From contig NC_087436.1 of assembly GCF_036321535.1 (NCBI RefSeq), forward strand, positions 21,702,001-21,766,000: DNA of 64,000 nucleotides, in the 5' to 3' direction. Each line of letters opens with the position of its first letter. The stretch's first letter is position 1. A program made the translations under genes and the position numbers. The notes beneath the pieces are model-generated. The model saw only the letters and a program-made list of their open reading frames with translations. It searched no databases and was not told the origin of the DNA. Below are positions 1 to 11,599 of this stretch, in pieces. The stretch comes from Camelus dromedarius (taxonomy: Eukaryota).

Positions 1-321
1 CCTTTAGTTTTATGCTGCTTTTTAGCCATGGCTGGAAAGCTCACTAAACAACTTCTGTCCTGTAATCAGAATGATCGACCCCCTTGTTGAATGAACGCGT
101 GCAGTGCAAGGTAAAGGAACAGGCCGGTAAACAGCTGAGAAAATAATCACATCCCATTTCCTCCCTGACTCCCATCTTCCCGGTTTGCACTTAGAATTTT
201 ACATCGAGGACAACCGTTTCCATACAGAAGGCCTGGTGTGTGTCAGCATTTTAGAAGGTGCTATTTGAACTGAATCCATTCTTCTAGAAGTTCTTGTTTG
301 TGGATACATCTGTTTCGCTCC

Positions 322-762
322 TGATATAAGCTTCCTAGGGCTGCCCACCCAAGTACCACAGATCTGATGACTCAGAGCAACAGAGGTGTGTTCTCTCCCA
401 GTTCTGGAGGCCGGAGGTGTGAAGTCAGAGTGTTGGCAGGGCTGGGCTCTCTCTGAAGGCTCTAGAGGAGGGTCTTTCCTTGCCCTGCCCTCGCTTCTGG
501 TAGTTGCCGGCAGTCCTTGGTGTCCTTGCTTTGTCACTGTGATCTGTGCCCCCACTGTCACATGGCAGTCACCCTGTGTGGGTCTCTGTGTGTCTATTTT
601 TTCTCCTTACATGGACAGCAGCCATGGATTAGGGCCTTCCCTGATCTAGTGTGACCTCATCTTAACTAATTAAATCTTCAAAGACCCTGTTTCCAAATAA
701 GGTCACACAGTGAGGTTCAGGTGGACATGCATTTGGTGGGGGGCACTATTCAAACCAGTAAC
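322..762 (-). mobile_element. MaLR solo LTR (MLT1C/D-like)
   Basis: Reverse-complement MLT1 motifs: cttcctagggctgc..aagtaccaca, gttctggaggccggag..gaagtca, gacctcatcttaactaatt..aagaccctgtttccaaataaggtcaca. Confidence 0.85.
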
Positions 763-1500
763 CCCCCCATCCAACTAAGTTTTAAACCTTTTGAAAGACA
801 GACCTATTCTTTAATTTTTTTATGTATCTCTACAATGGCACTTGGAACCCAGTAGATGCTAAGTAAATGATTTTTAAATAAAATAACAGGTTTACTTTGA
901 ACATTCAAATGTACTATAAAGGAAAAATAACCAGATTTTCAAATGGTACCCAAGAACATTTCTCTATGTATAACACACAGAGATTATATATGTATTTTAT
1001 ATATGATTTTCTAAAAAAGTTAGGCATCATGGAATATTGTTACTATTTTTACTATTTGTCTTTTTAAGATGGAAAATAAGCCTGAAGGAAATGACTAAGT
1101 GGATCCTTTTCCTTTCTTGGACTAACTAACTTTTCCTATAACAGCATATTTAACATAAGGGTACAGAAAACATGAACACATACTCAATTAAATATTTACA
1201 GAGTATCACTGTGATGTTCTTGATGAGATAATTTCTTATGAAATGGAGATTGGCCACTTGAAGTTTAACCTGCTTTGATCTATTCTGAGAATTATCTCCT
1301 CTGAAGTTACAACCCTACGAATGGAGAGTGGCAAAATATTCCTTCAGTAGGACATCTATGCCTGAAGACTTGATCATGGGCACGGAGGTGGACGTATTTC
1401 CCCGGGAGGGCCTACCACGAAGGGAGGCAGAAGACCTGCATCTCTGCTCTGCCCTGGAGTGGTTCTCATCATGTTCCTGACATCAGTCTGTTGCCACAGA

Positions 1501-1628
1501 AACAATGATGGTACCACAAATTTAGCGTTATGACTTCACAACAGAGAGTAGAAATTGACTTTCTTTATGCAGTTGGTGGACAAGCTCTGTGGTGAGGGGA
1601 GAAAAGCATCTTCTTTGAGTACAAAGCC
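1501..1628. repeat. Copy 1 of a local ~125-nt duplicated element (partner 3521-3645)
   Basis: Direct alignment by eye: 12 mismatches over 125 aligned nt plus one 3-nt gap; offset 2020 bp. Confidence 0.95.
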
Positions 1629-2049
1629 AGCAATTTACAAAAGTGGAGAGAAAATGAATAACTACCTATGGGAAAAAAACGGGGTTTCCTGCCATTGGTT
1701 TTTACCTACCCTTTAAAGTAGGACATCTCAATTTCTGAAATGGGCCTCCGAACAATACACCTGATCTGTCATAAATAAAAATACATAGAGAATGAAGCTA
1801 ATACATATAAAAATATGTGTAGAATTAAGCGAATGTTTTGTCAAGCTTACCTAGTTTGTCTTCATAAGGTTAAAAATCTAACGACAACTAAAACCCTGCA
1901 GAAAGACTTGGGTTGATTGGGACGTCAGGCTTGCCCTTCTCGTCACAGTTTACTTTAGTAGAATGAATAGCATGCAAGGTGATTGCTTTGTTAAACTGAA
2001 GTGTAAGAGTGGCATGATAGATTTATATTTGTTTGGTTTTCATTACAAG

Positions 2050-2910
2050 AAACTATTTTAGAACAGTTTTGGCTTTACAGAAAAAAAATTCGAGGTAATA
2101 CAGAATTTCCAAGGACCCCATGCTGTCTTTCCTATCAATAATATCTTGCATTATTATGGTACATTTACTAAAGTTAATGAACCAGCATTGATTCATTATT
2201 ATTAACCAAAATCTATACTTGACTCAGATTTTCTTAGTTCTTATCTAATGTCTTTTTCCGGTTCCAAGATCCCACCCAGGGTATCACATTACACTTTTGT
2301 TGTCGTGTCTCCTGAGCCTCTGCTTGACTGGGACAGTTTTCCCAGACTTTGCTTATTTTTGGTGACCTTGACGACTTTGAGGAGTACTAGTTGGGTGTAT
2401 TGTAAAATGTCCCTCTAGTGGAATTTGATATTTTCTCATGATTCCACTGGGGTAATGGGTTCTTGGGAGGAAGACCATAGAAGTAAGATGCCATTCATAC
2501 CACATCATACTATCCTCACGTCTCAGCGCTGCTGAGTTAACCTTGATCACTCGGTGAGGAAGTGTTTGTCAGATTTCTCCACTGTAAATTTACTCTCCCA
2601 TTTCTTTCCATAGTGTATTCTTCATAAGGGGTTACCACGCAGAGCTCACACTTAAGGAGTCCTGGGGGCAGGGGTTAAGCTCCATATCCTGGAGGGTGGG
2701 GCACCTACTTAACTTGTCTCTTTCTGCACAGGAGAACCGTCTCTTCCCCACTACATGTTGATTTATTCATTCATTACAGTACTGTGGACTTGTGGATGTT
2801 TATCTTATGCTTTGGATTATAATCCCATGCTACTTCATGGATTTATTTGCTCAAATTGTTCCAGCTGCGGCCACTGGGAACTTTTTCAGTTGGTTCCTAT
2901 GTCCTATGTG
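2050..2910 (-). mobile_element. Old L1 3' UTR fragment (L1MC-like)
   Basis: ttttagaacagttttggctttacagaaaaa..., ggtacatttactaaagttaatgaaccagcattgat, gaccttgacgactttgaggagtact..attgtaaaatgtccctc are L1MC 3'-end motifs in antisense. Confidence 0.8.
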
Positions 2911-3520
2911 CAGTTTTTAGGCAGGCCAAATTCAATTTTAATAGCCCATGACACTTCCTTCCCTCTTTCTGCAATAATCAAAAAAATGATTTTGGAGAAG
3001 AGGACAGATTATCTGGTCATGGTATAAGTAGGTAACTTGACCAGATGATAACATCTACTTTCTATCTTAGTTTTTATTTTTATCTTAGCATTTTACTAAT
3101 CGAGACTGTTTCAAGAAAAATGGACCTGCACTTTGCAATTTATGTTCATATATGTTTGTCAATTAATTTGTGCTCTCGGTGGTTTTTTTTTTAACCTCTT
3201 GGGGGTTGGGAGAAAAGCCGGGGATGTGGGTGGTGAAGGACTCGCCACCGCCACTGCAATTCCCTCTAGTCTTCCTCTGATGTTTTGCTTTTGCTTCAAG
3301 ATACTACACTTAAAACATAACCTCTTCCAGAGAAAGAAAATGCGCGGTCCTCCTTTACCCCACGCATCTGCTTTCTTACCATTCCTCCCCTTTGGTTTTT
3401 GGCACAGTGATGGGGAAACACTCTGCCAGGGAAGAGGTTATGTCCCATCTTCCCACCACTGCCCCTCTGCAGCACCAACTCAGCCTGTGGCCGGAAGCAC
3501 TTTCCCCTGGCCATGCCGGA

Positions 3521-3645
3521 ATCAACGATGGCACCACAAATTTAGCATTATGACTTCACAGCAGAAAGTAGAAATTGACTTTCTTTACACAGTCGGCGGA
3601 CAAGCTCTGTGGTGAGGGGAGAAAAGCATCTTTGAACACAAAGCC
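3521..3645. repeat. Copy 2 of the local ~125-nt duplicated element
   Basis: Aligns to 1501-1628 at about 90% identity. Confidence 0.95.
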
Positions 3646-5629
3646 CTTTTGTGTGTGCGATGATTCCCTCCTCTCAGGAGCAACACCAAACTGCAAACAG
3701 TCTGATGGTTCTGAGTAGAGTGTCTTTTAGGGTTTATAGAGAAATTGGTGTTATGATTTTTAAGATAGTTACCACCATGTTTTATGTGGTATTAGAATTT
3801 CAGTTCAGAATATAAATGCTGCCCAAAGACACAGAATGCAGTGTAATAAAAGGAAGTGGGAGATGAGAGGGGGTGTCCTTCAGTTGCTTGGCTGTTTTGC
3901 AGTATATGGGACACCAGGAGATTGTAAATCATCCATTTAGTATTCATTTATTTTGTTGTTGGCACTATGATCTTTTAAAGTGAAATTTTTTATTCACTTG
4001 GATCTATAATCTATGTCACTAGAAAGCATTTCCAACTTCTTTTATGAGTAATTGTTTATTTCTTTATCTTTTTATTGCCAGTGACAAGGCATAGAGCAGA
4101 GCTCAACTGAGTAACACAAAACACCACTACATCGCTTAGTAACACAGGGGTGGTGGAAAGACATGGAGAAATTGGTATTAGAGAAACACTGTGTTATACT
4201 TCATGCATTAGCCCCGCTGACTCCTATGAGTCTGGACTCTTCATCCAGAGGTTTTTAGCTCCATGTGACGATTTGTCTGAAGAGGTGCTTCCTAAAAAGA
4301 CCCATTGGCATTTCTTTACTTTTTATCAAATGAATGGTGGGGAATGACAGAGCAGGCTGCTACGAGACTGTTTGGAAAATGATGTCAATTTCCATTCTGA
4401 AATGACATACTATTTATGAAGCTTTATAAGGTTGCAAGGTAGCGCTATCTTTACTTGTTACTGGCTCAGAATATGAAGAGTGCGTGTATAAGTCTCCTTG
4501 CTGGGTTTAAGAAGGACTTAGGTGGCACTAGAGTGGAGTGGAAGAAACTCTGTCCTCCGGGAGGCTGTTTTGAAATCTCACTTTTAACATTTTGAGGCGT
4601 TAGATCACAAGTACATGAGGAGACGCTGAGGCAGGGCATATGGCATTAAAGACCCAGGTGGACCTTATGTTGTGGCTATAAATCTGATGTTGATCATAGT
4701 GAAGCCTTTCATTTTTTTTGGCATCTAAACAATAGATGAAAACCCTCCATCTGTGACCGGTGAGATGTTCCGGAAGGCTGTTCTTGTAATCGTTATAAAG
4801 GATTGTCATTCTTTTACGTATACGCAACCTGCCCAATCCATACAGCTGAAGACATTAGGAATCGTCTATGGATTTCAGAAGTCTATTGCTTAAAAATATT
4901 TTACTAAAATCATATGTTCTGATGTCTTTCTTATCCTGTTTTCTAATGCATATATATAAATAAGGCACCAATAAGGTCACAGAATTGTTTCTGTTTTCCT
5001 TCTATGGTAGCCTAGTTATTGATTAAACCCTTTAAGCATCTGTGTTGTTTGCTTCTCAAAATGGACAGCACATGCTCACATCCGTTACGGCGTATTAGGC
5101 AAGAAGACCAACGTTTTTGCAAGGATGGGATCAAACAGGATTTCGTGGGATTTTATTAACATCTATGTTGATTTAAATGCATATCTATCTTTCCTAATGC
5201 TAAAGGGGGAAAAACAAAGCAAAACTGAGACATTTGGTGATGAGGCAGCTTCATGTCCTGCAGAGCCAGAAAGTGCGGTGTCTTCTCCACTTGACATTCA
5301 CAGCTGAAGGGAACAGCACTCGGGGCAATGTAGGACAGGCACAGTCCTGAAATCCTGGACCCTTTATCCACTATCGAGGCTGAAATAGCGCAGGTGTGTG
5401 GCCACGTGCATGCTGTTAGGTCTATCGCGTCCTGGAGATCCCGCTGTCCTTAGGATGCAGAGTTCAGCAGAGAAGTGTGAAATACATCTTAGGGATTTTA
5501 ATTTTTATCACAAAACTCTATCTTGCATTAGATTTTAAATTTGTCTGAGAGCAGGGACTGGGTAATTCCTCATCCTCTTACCCTCCACAGAATTCCCATA
5601 GTGCCTCACACTTCGGAGGTACTTAGTGA

Positions 5630-5631
<2 letters not shown>

Positions 5632-5663
<32 letters not shown>
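5632..5663. repeat. (TG)16 microsatellite
   Basis: Directly visible. Confidence 0.97.
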
Positions 5664-5665
<2 letters not shown>

Positions 5666-5729
5666 AAATTGAAGTTTGATTTTGGTTTTAGAGGGGCTTG
5701 GGGGATTATAACTTCTGGCTGAGTAAATA

Positions 5730-5850
5730 CTTATTCAATTATTTAATCATTCATTGGATAATATTTTGAGGCCTGTTATGTGTCAGCACCACGTTTTCCT
5801 TTGGGGATATGTTGGTAAGCAAATGTAGGTAGAGGCACTCATCCTGATGA
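5730..5850 (-). mobile_element. L2 3' end fragment
   Basis: ttattcaattatttaatcattcatt..attttgaggcctgttatgtgtcagcac, the antisense L2 tail pattern. Confidence 0.55.
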
Positions 5851-7270
5851 AGCGGGGGTGAGGAGAGTTGAATGAAAAAAATAATATTCAAAATATTCCT
5901 AACCAGATGGTCAGATGAATTAATATACAGATCAATGCATAAGAAAACATTTAAAAATAATGATTTTATTTTCTAACTTAACTGACATGGATCATAAGGC
6001 AGCTTCCCAAGTGCTGCAAATTCATTTAAATTTAACAAATCCTTCCAACAATTTCCAAATCATTGGTTGGCTTTTAGATAGGAGTTAACACAATGAATCA
6101 CATCAGACTTTTCCAGTGACACCCTAAGTCTCCCCTAGTCAGCACTTCTGTGCACTTGGAGGGCAGCTGGCATGATGCCCTTGGGTCAGAGCAGGATACA
6201 CACCTGGATGTCAGGTGACTCCCTTATGGCCTCGATTTAGGGACGTGCTGGCTTGGCCCTCTGTCAGCAATACCTCCGCCAGTGCTACCTGCCCCGCCTG
6301 CGTTGTGCTGCTCTGAGGCAGTGACAGCCATTGTCCATGACTCCACGGCCACGGCCACCCCTTGGTGCACTAGGCAGACGTATGGAGTGGGGGGCACATA
6401 TTCACCATCACTGCACCCGGCCCCATTCCCAGCCTCTCCTGCCGCTGCTCCATGGCTGTAACCTTAGGTAACTCCTCATACAGCAATAGGGAGAACTCAG
6501 CAATTGGATTCAAAGTAAGTTAATATTTTAACAACCAGAGCAAAAAAATGTCAGCACTGTATACTGGTACCTATATAATATCTTTAATTTTTAGATTGCT
6601 AGAAAAGAGCCCTCTTCTGTCTGGACATGTATAATGAGTAAAATCAGGAGGAAATACTGTTAAACGAATGTGTTGTTGAATGACAATTTGTATGCAAGGC
6701 ATTTTTTTTGGGAGGGTTGACAAGAGGATTAGGAGTTTGATATAAGTTTGGATCCATATGATGACAATGAAATTTGGTCTTGGAAAATCTCCAGGTGACT
6801 TTGGGATCCCAAAGTAGGGTTAATAAGAGGCTTACATGTACAATATACCTAAAGTATGAGTGTAAAGCTTACAAGTTAATCAACCGTATACTGAGATGAC
6901 AACAGAAGTGTCTGAGAGAGTCCTTTGTGCTCTATAGGAATTCAGTATAAGATGTTAGTTGAGCTGATTTTATGAAGCCGCTGGTACAGCACGGAAAACA
7001 TGATTGTATATATTAGCTGTGGTCCCATAACTGAAATGTTAATCTCAGTAGATTACTGCTCATATTTATGGCAGTAAAATATTTATATTCTGAATCAATG
7101 AATAAATAATGCTGATGGATCAAGATGTAGTTCAGGGTTGTGAGTAAAAGAAGCTAATACAACAGGAGCAAAACTTTATGTGTGGATGTGTAGTGGAAAA
7201 AATGTGAAATACATGATTTTATAACTAAATGCTAACTGCATTATTAATAAGTTCCTTGATGACAAATTCT

Positions 7271-7377
7271 TTTTTTAATTTGTGGTGACATTTACATAAC
7301 ATAAAATTTACCACTTTAACCATTTTTAAGTGTATAGTTCTGTGGCATTTACGTACATCTACATTGTTGTGCAATCC
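7271..7377 (-). mobile_element. Very short 5'-truncated L1 (L1MA/MB-type tail) with target-site duplication
   Basis: acataacataaaatttaccactttaaccatttttaagtgtatagttc..acattgttgtgcaa; flanked by gatgacaaattct (7258-7270) and gatgataaattct (7378-7390). Confidence 0.88.
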
Positions 7378-9105
7378 GATGATAAATTCTTATTAAGACC
7401 AAGGTCATATTATATCCTGTAGGATTTTTTTTTAAAACCCGGGAAAACTAAATCTTTTTGAGTCACTGATTGCAGAGCGACTGAATCTTGTTGATCTAGG
7501 ACCATTCATCAGTCATAAAGAGGTTACCCAGGAAGAATACAGATAGTTTGGTACCACCTTCAGCACTTTGAAATACATTCTAGTATCTATTCTAGGATGT
7601 TCATACAATTTTTTTCTTTCATCTGAGTTAATAATTTCTGCACATGATGACAGGTTATTATTAATAGTTTACAAATGGAAATTCAGTCTATGAAGCCATC
7701 CTCAGTAATCTATATACATACCAAACGGATAGTTCCTGATACCTATTACTGTCGAGCTATATGGAGATGCGTAAGAAATGTACTGAAGGGTCAAACATTT
7801 GTCCTGAGTAGGATGTTGTAGATGTTAAAGACTAATGGAGTTCTGGAGTGCTTAGAACAGCTGGATTTTTGGAAGACCTTAGTTTTTTCAAAGAGTGAAA
7901 TGAACATAAATTACTAGGTATTAAGGCAACATGCAAATTCATGATTAAAATTTGGCATGGCTGTTTAATCCTATTAAATATCTTTTCTTATACTACATCA
8001 ATAGAATTGTGTGAAGAAATATGATTACATCTTAGAATCTTAAAAGTTTTACATCTTTTTCTTAAAATGAAAATGTTGACCATTTCCATTTTACCTTGTT
8101 TTTTTGACATCAAAATTCTTTCAGCGTGCACTGTATTCCAGAACACATTTCATTGATAAAAATCTATTTACTGATAAGATTAAACTTTCCTTCTTTAGTA
8201 TTAAGGTTTTAATCCAAGATGACTGGTAAAATCACTTCTTATGTAAATACCTTGAAAATAAAAAATTAAAATTCCTTGTGTCCTTTCCCCTAACCAATCT
8301 GCATATTTGAGTCTTAATTTTTGAATACCGTATTGTAGTATTAACAATCCACAAACATTTAGGATAACAATGTTAGCTGCTTAGGCATTGTAGTCTTAAC
8401 ATTAAAAGATATCGATGATTTTTGTTCTGGTGTTTGGCTCTTCATAATCTTCATTATTTTTAATAGTGAGTTGTATACATAAATATCCTAACAATGGAAA
8501 AAGCATTCTGAAATAAAAATTCTTACATGGCAATTTCTGTTGGTGTCCTCATCATGAATTAGTTGGATAAACGTACAGAAGGAGAGAGATTTATATTTAC
8601 ATTGTCAAAGGCTACTTCCAAGTGAAAAATCTGTAAGTTTTAGCTCTTCCAGCATAACTACATCCTAAAGTACTCAGTTTATAATCTTATTAATTACGTA
8701 TGCATATTATTTATCTAAAGTAGAGTAGTCTTGTTGCACTGAAAAAAAAAAGATGGGTACAGTTGAAATTAGGTTCTAGTTCTACTTTAAGCTTGTGTAT
8801 TTTTTTCCTCCTGATGGGATGATCCTTTGAGTCTTAAAACAGGTGTATGAGAAATCTTTTGAGAGCTTTTCTCTATGTCATTTTCTTATGTATCTTCATC
8901 CGACTTTCAATTTGAGAAGTCTTGTGATTTCTCTGCAGTTTTACTTTCCATTTGAAAGCCTTCAAGCAAAAGTCCTAGGAAGTTTTACCTGTTGTGAAAC
9001 CCTATTTGGTAATTTTCAGCGTTTGTTATTCAGTAAAATAAAACAAGAGAAGAAAAACGACTCCCCCCTCTGAAGGAAGAACCTAGCTGGTGGGTGGTTT
9101 TCTGG

Positions 9106-9127
9106 TGTGTGTGTGTGTGTGTGTGTG
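9106..9127. repeat. (TG)11 microsatellite
   Basis: Directly visible. Confidence 0.95.
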
Positions 9128-10071
9128 ATCATGAAGGAGACCAGCAGGACTCCTTTCCTGGGGAAACTGTAAGTCTCCAGTAGAGTCTTTTAAGTGGTAA
9201 AGAGAGATGATGGAACTTGGCAACTTAAGTACTTATAACAAAGTGGAAAAATCAAAACACCATCTCTGGTACCTAGAGGAGCCAGAGTCAGATGAATCTT
9301 GAATAACATATATAAACTCAATCTTGGTTTTCATGTGATTCTAGTATAAATGTTAACATATTTAGATAAAATGTTGTTCCAAAATGCTCGAGCACCTACA
9401 TATGGTATTCTTCCGGCTCAGGCATTGTCAGGGAAACGTCAAGTGATGGTGCCGACAACCAGTGGTGATTGACTAGGTAAGTTACTAGGTATATTATGGA
9501 GTAGGACACAAAGATGGACCTGGAGAAAATACCATTCTCATCATATCTCAGTAGACAATCGCATTTCTCAGTTTTCTAACTCATCTTTCACCTGCTCGGC
9601 AGCAGCGCGTGGATTTGGTCATGTGATCTCCCTGCTGAAAGCTCTTCTGGCTCCCAAGGACACAGCCTAAACTGTGACGCCTAAGCTCTTGTGGCATCTG
9701 ACAGTTTGGTCACTGTTCTCTCTCCTACTTGTTTTCTTAAGATTTTATGCCAACACGTGTTTTAGAGACAAGTGTTTCTTTCCTTAAGAATGTATTTAAT
9801 GTTTTGAAATAAATAATACATGCATAGAATCAGGTGTCAGAAAACATAAAACAAGATGTCCTATCAAAAGTCTCTCAACTCTGTCTCCCATTTGTCCTCT
9901 TCCACTGTCCCTAAGAGATAAAAATCATCCAGGGAACTTTTATGCTTGGAGGAGCTAGCACACACACGTATTTGTTACATGCTATTTCCTCCTCTGTTTT
10001 CACATTTATTCACACTCTTCCATGCCTTGCTTTTTTCACCTGACAGTATATTCCTGGAGATTTTTCTACCT

Positions 10072-10470
10072 GAGTGCATTGGCCAGAATAGGTTACCATG
10101 TTGATCCTAAAATCTCAGGGCCTTAAAATTACGTAGATTTACATCTCATGCACATTACGTCTACTGTGAATCATCTGTAGCCCTGGTCCAGGTCACTGTC
10201 TCTTGGGAATTCAGGCTGATTGAGAAAAGCTATCTGGAACATTACCAGGTACATGACAGAGGGGAGAAAAAAAGCATGGAAAATCACATGTTGGCTCTTT
10301 AATATTCTGTCTGGAAGTGACACATGACATATATGCCCACATTTTATTGGACAAAGCAAGTCATACCTTTTTCCAAGATCAACAAGGATGGGGATATAGA
10401 ATCCTCTTACAGGGAGAAGCATCACAGTAAGGGAGTTTCTGGTGAATAGTAAGCTAGTCTGCCCCAATCA
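10072..10470 (-). mobile_element. Old MaLR LTR (MLT1J/K-like) inside decayed antisense L1ME-type sequence
   Basis: cctaaaatctcagggccttaa, caggctgat, tctggaagtgacacatgac..cacattttattggacaaagcaagtca. Confidence 0.65.
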
Positions 10471-10669
10471 GTAATTAAGACGTCAGTATCATTTTTACAC
10501 CTGCATTACATTACACTGAATGGACGTGACATAGTCTGTTTAACTAGTTTCTTATTAGTAGACATTAATTTGTTTTTAATCTTATTAAAGATTTTGGAGC
10601 AGAGGAGTGACACGATCTGACTTAAATATTAAAGTGATACATTTATTATAAGTATTAGTACATTTTCTC

Positions 10670-11030
10670 ATATTGAAGGATCTTAGGATAAGCCATATTT
10701 GGTCATGATGCACTAGTCTTCTTTTTGAAGAAGTGTTGCTGGATTCTGTTTGCTTATATTTTCTTTGGGATTTTTACACTGGTAATCATAAGTGAAATTG
10801 GTCTGGAGTTTGTGTGTGTAGTGTCTGTGTGTGTGTTTTGAGTAGTACACATATCCTCAAGATTAGTATCAGTGTTTTGCTCACTTCATTAAAAGAATTG
10901 AGAGATTTTCTTCATTTTTCCATGCTTTGCAATACTTACAAGGAACTGGCATTATCCTTCTTTTTTTTTTTTTTTTTTAAAGTGTTTCTGGAATTCCCCT
11001 GGGAAACCAGAGACGTATTTCTTATCTCTA
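10670..11030 (-). mobile_element. Decayed L1 ORF2 fragment
   Basis: ttggtcatgatg..gctggattctgtttgct..tttttacact..cataagtgaaattggtct..cttcattaaaagaattg. Confidence 0.65.
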
Positions 11031-11599
11031 TTCCTGCATTAGACTGCAGAAGGGAATTCACTTTGTAGGCTTCTTTGTAATGAAATTCAAAAGTAAAGTG
11101 GTAGAGATAGTTGGGTTTCAAAATTTTCTCTTATGAAAAAGTGCAAAGAAAATATGTTTTTTCTTATACAGCAAGAAAACTGAAAATGATTTTGCTGATA
11201 ACTTTTCAGTGTTTCTGATGTCAAATGTAATCAGAAGTTGTTGAGCATCTAGTGTCTGATTATTAAATGAATACAAACTTGAAATTATATTGTACCTGTA
11301 GCTAATTGATGACTGTTACAAAGACCCATTTTAAAACTTGGATATTGTGTAAGGTGCTTTCAAGAACTATTTCATGATGTTTCCTGTCTTACATCCTCCC
11401 AATTTCTTTATTCAGTTTTATTATTTTTGCACAGAAAGGGTGATCAGTGCTATCTTTTAAATTACTATTATTTTCTGAGTAGAACCTGAAGGAGGAGACA
11501 GGAACCCCCCAGACTAAAAGCTGGAGGCTCGTAGCTTTATTGGGCTGAGCAGGCTGACATCCTGGCTCACACTTCTAAGATGCCATCCATAAAATGAAA

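Noticed and set aside
199..649. Overlapping ORFs of 120 and 87 aa
   Set aside because: They lie largely within an MLT1 LTR; chance frames in GC-richer repeat sequence
1145..1480. Strong ACTAAC branch/acceptor at 1144 and a protein-like downstream reading
   Set aside because: All three frames stop quickly; stop density is no lower than random
1851..1895. 45-nt minus-strand segment with good splice motifs
   Set aside because: Stops in all three frames and no other support
3133..3615. Longest ORF in the window (160 aa)
   Set aside because: TTG start, crosses a poly-T run, low-complexity composition and no recognisable domain; not called as CDS
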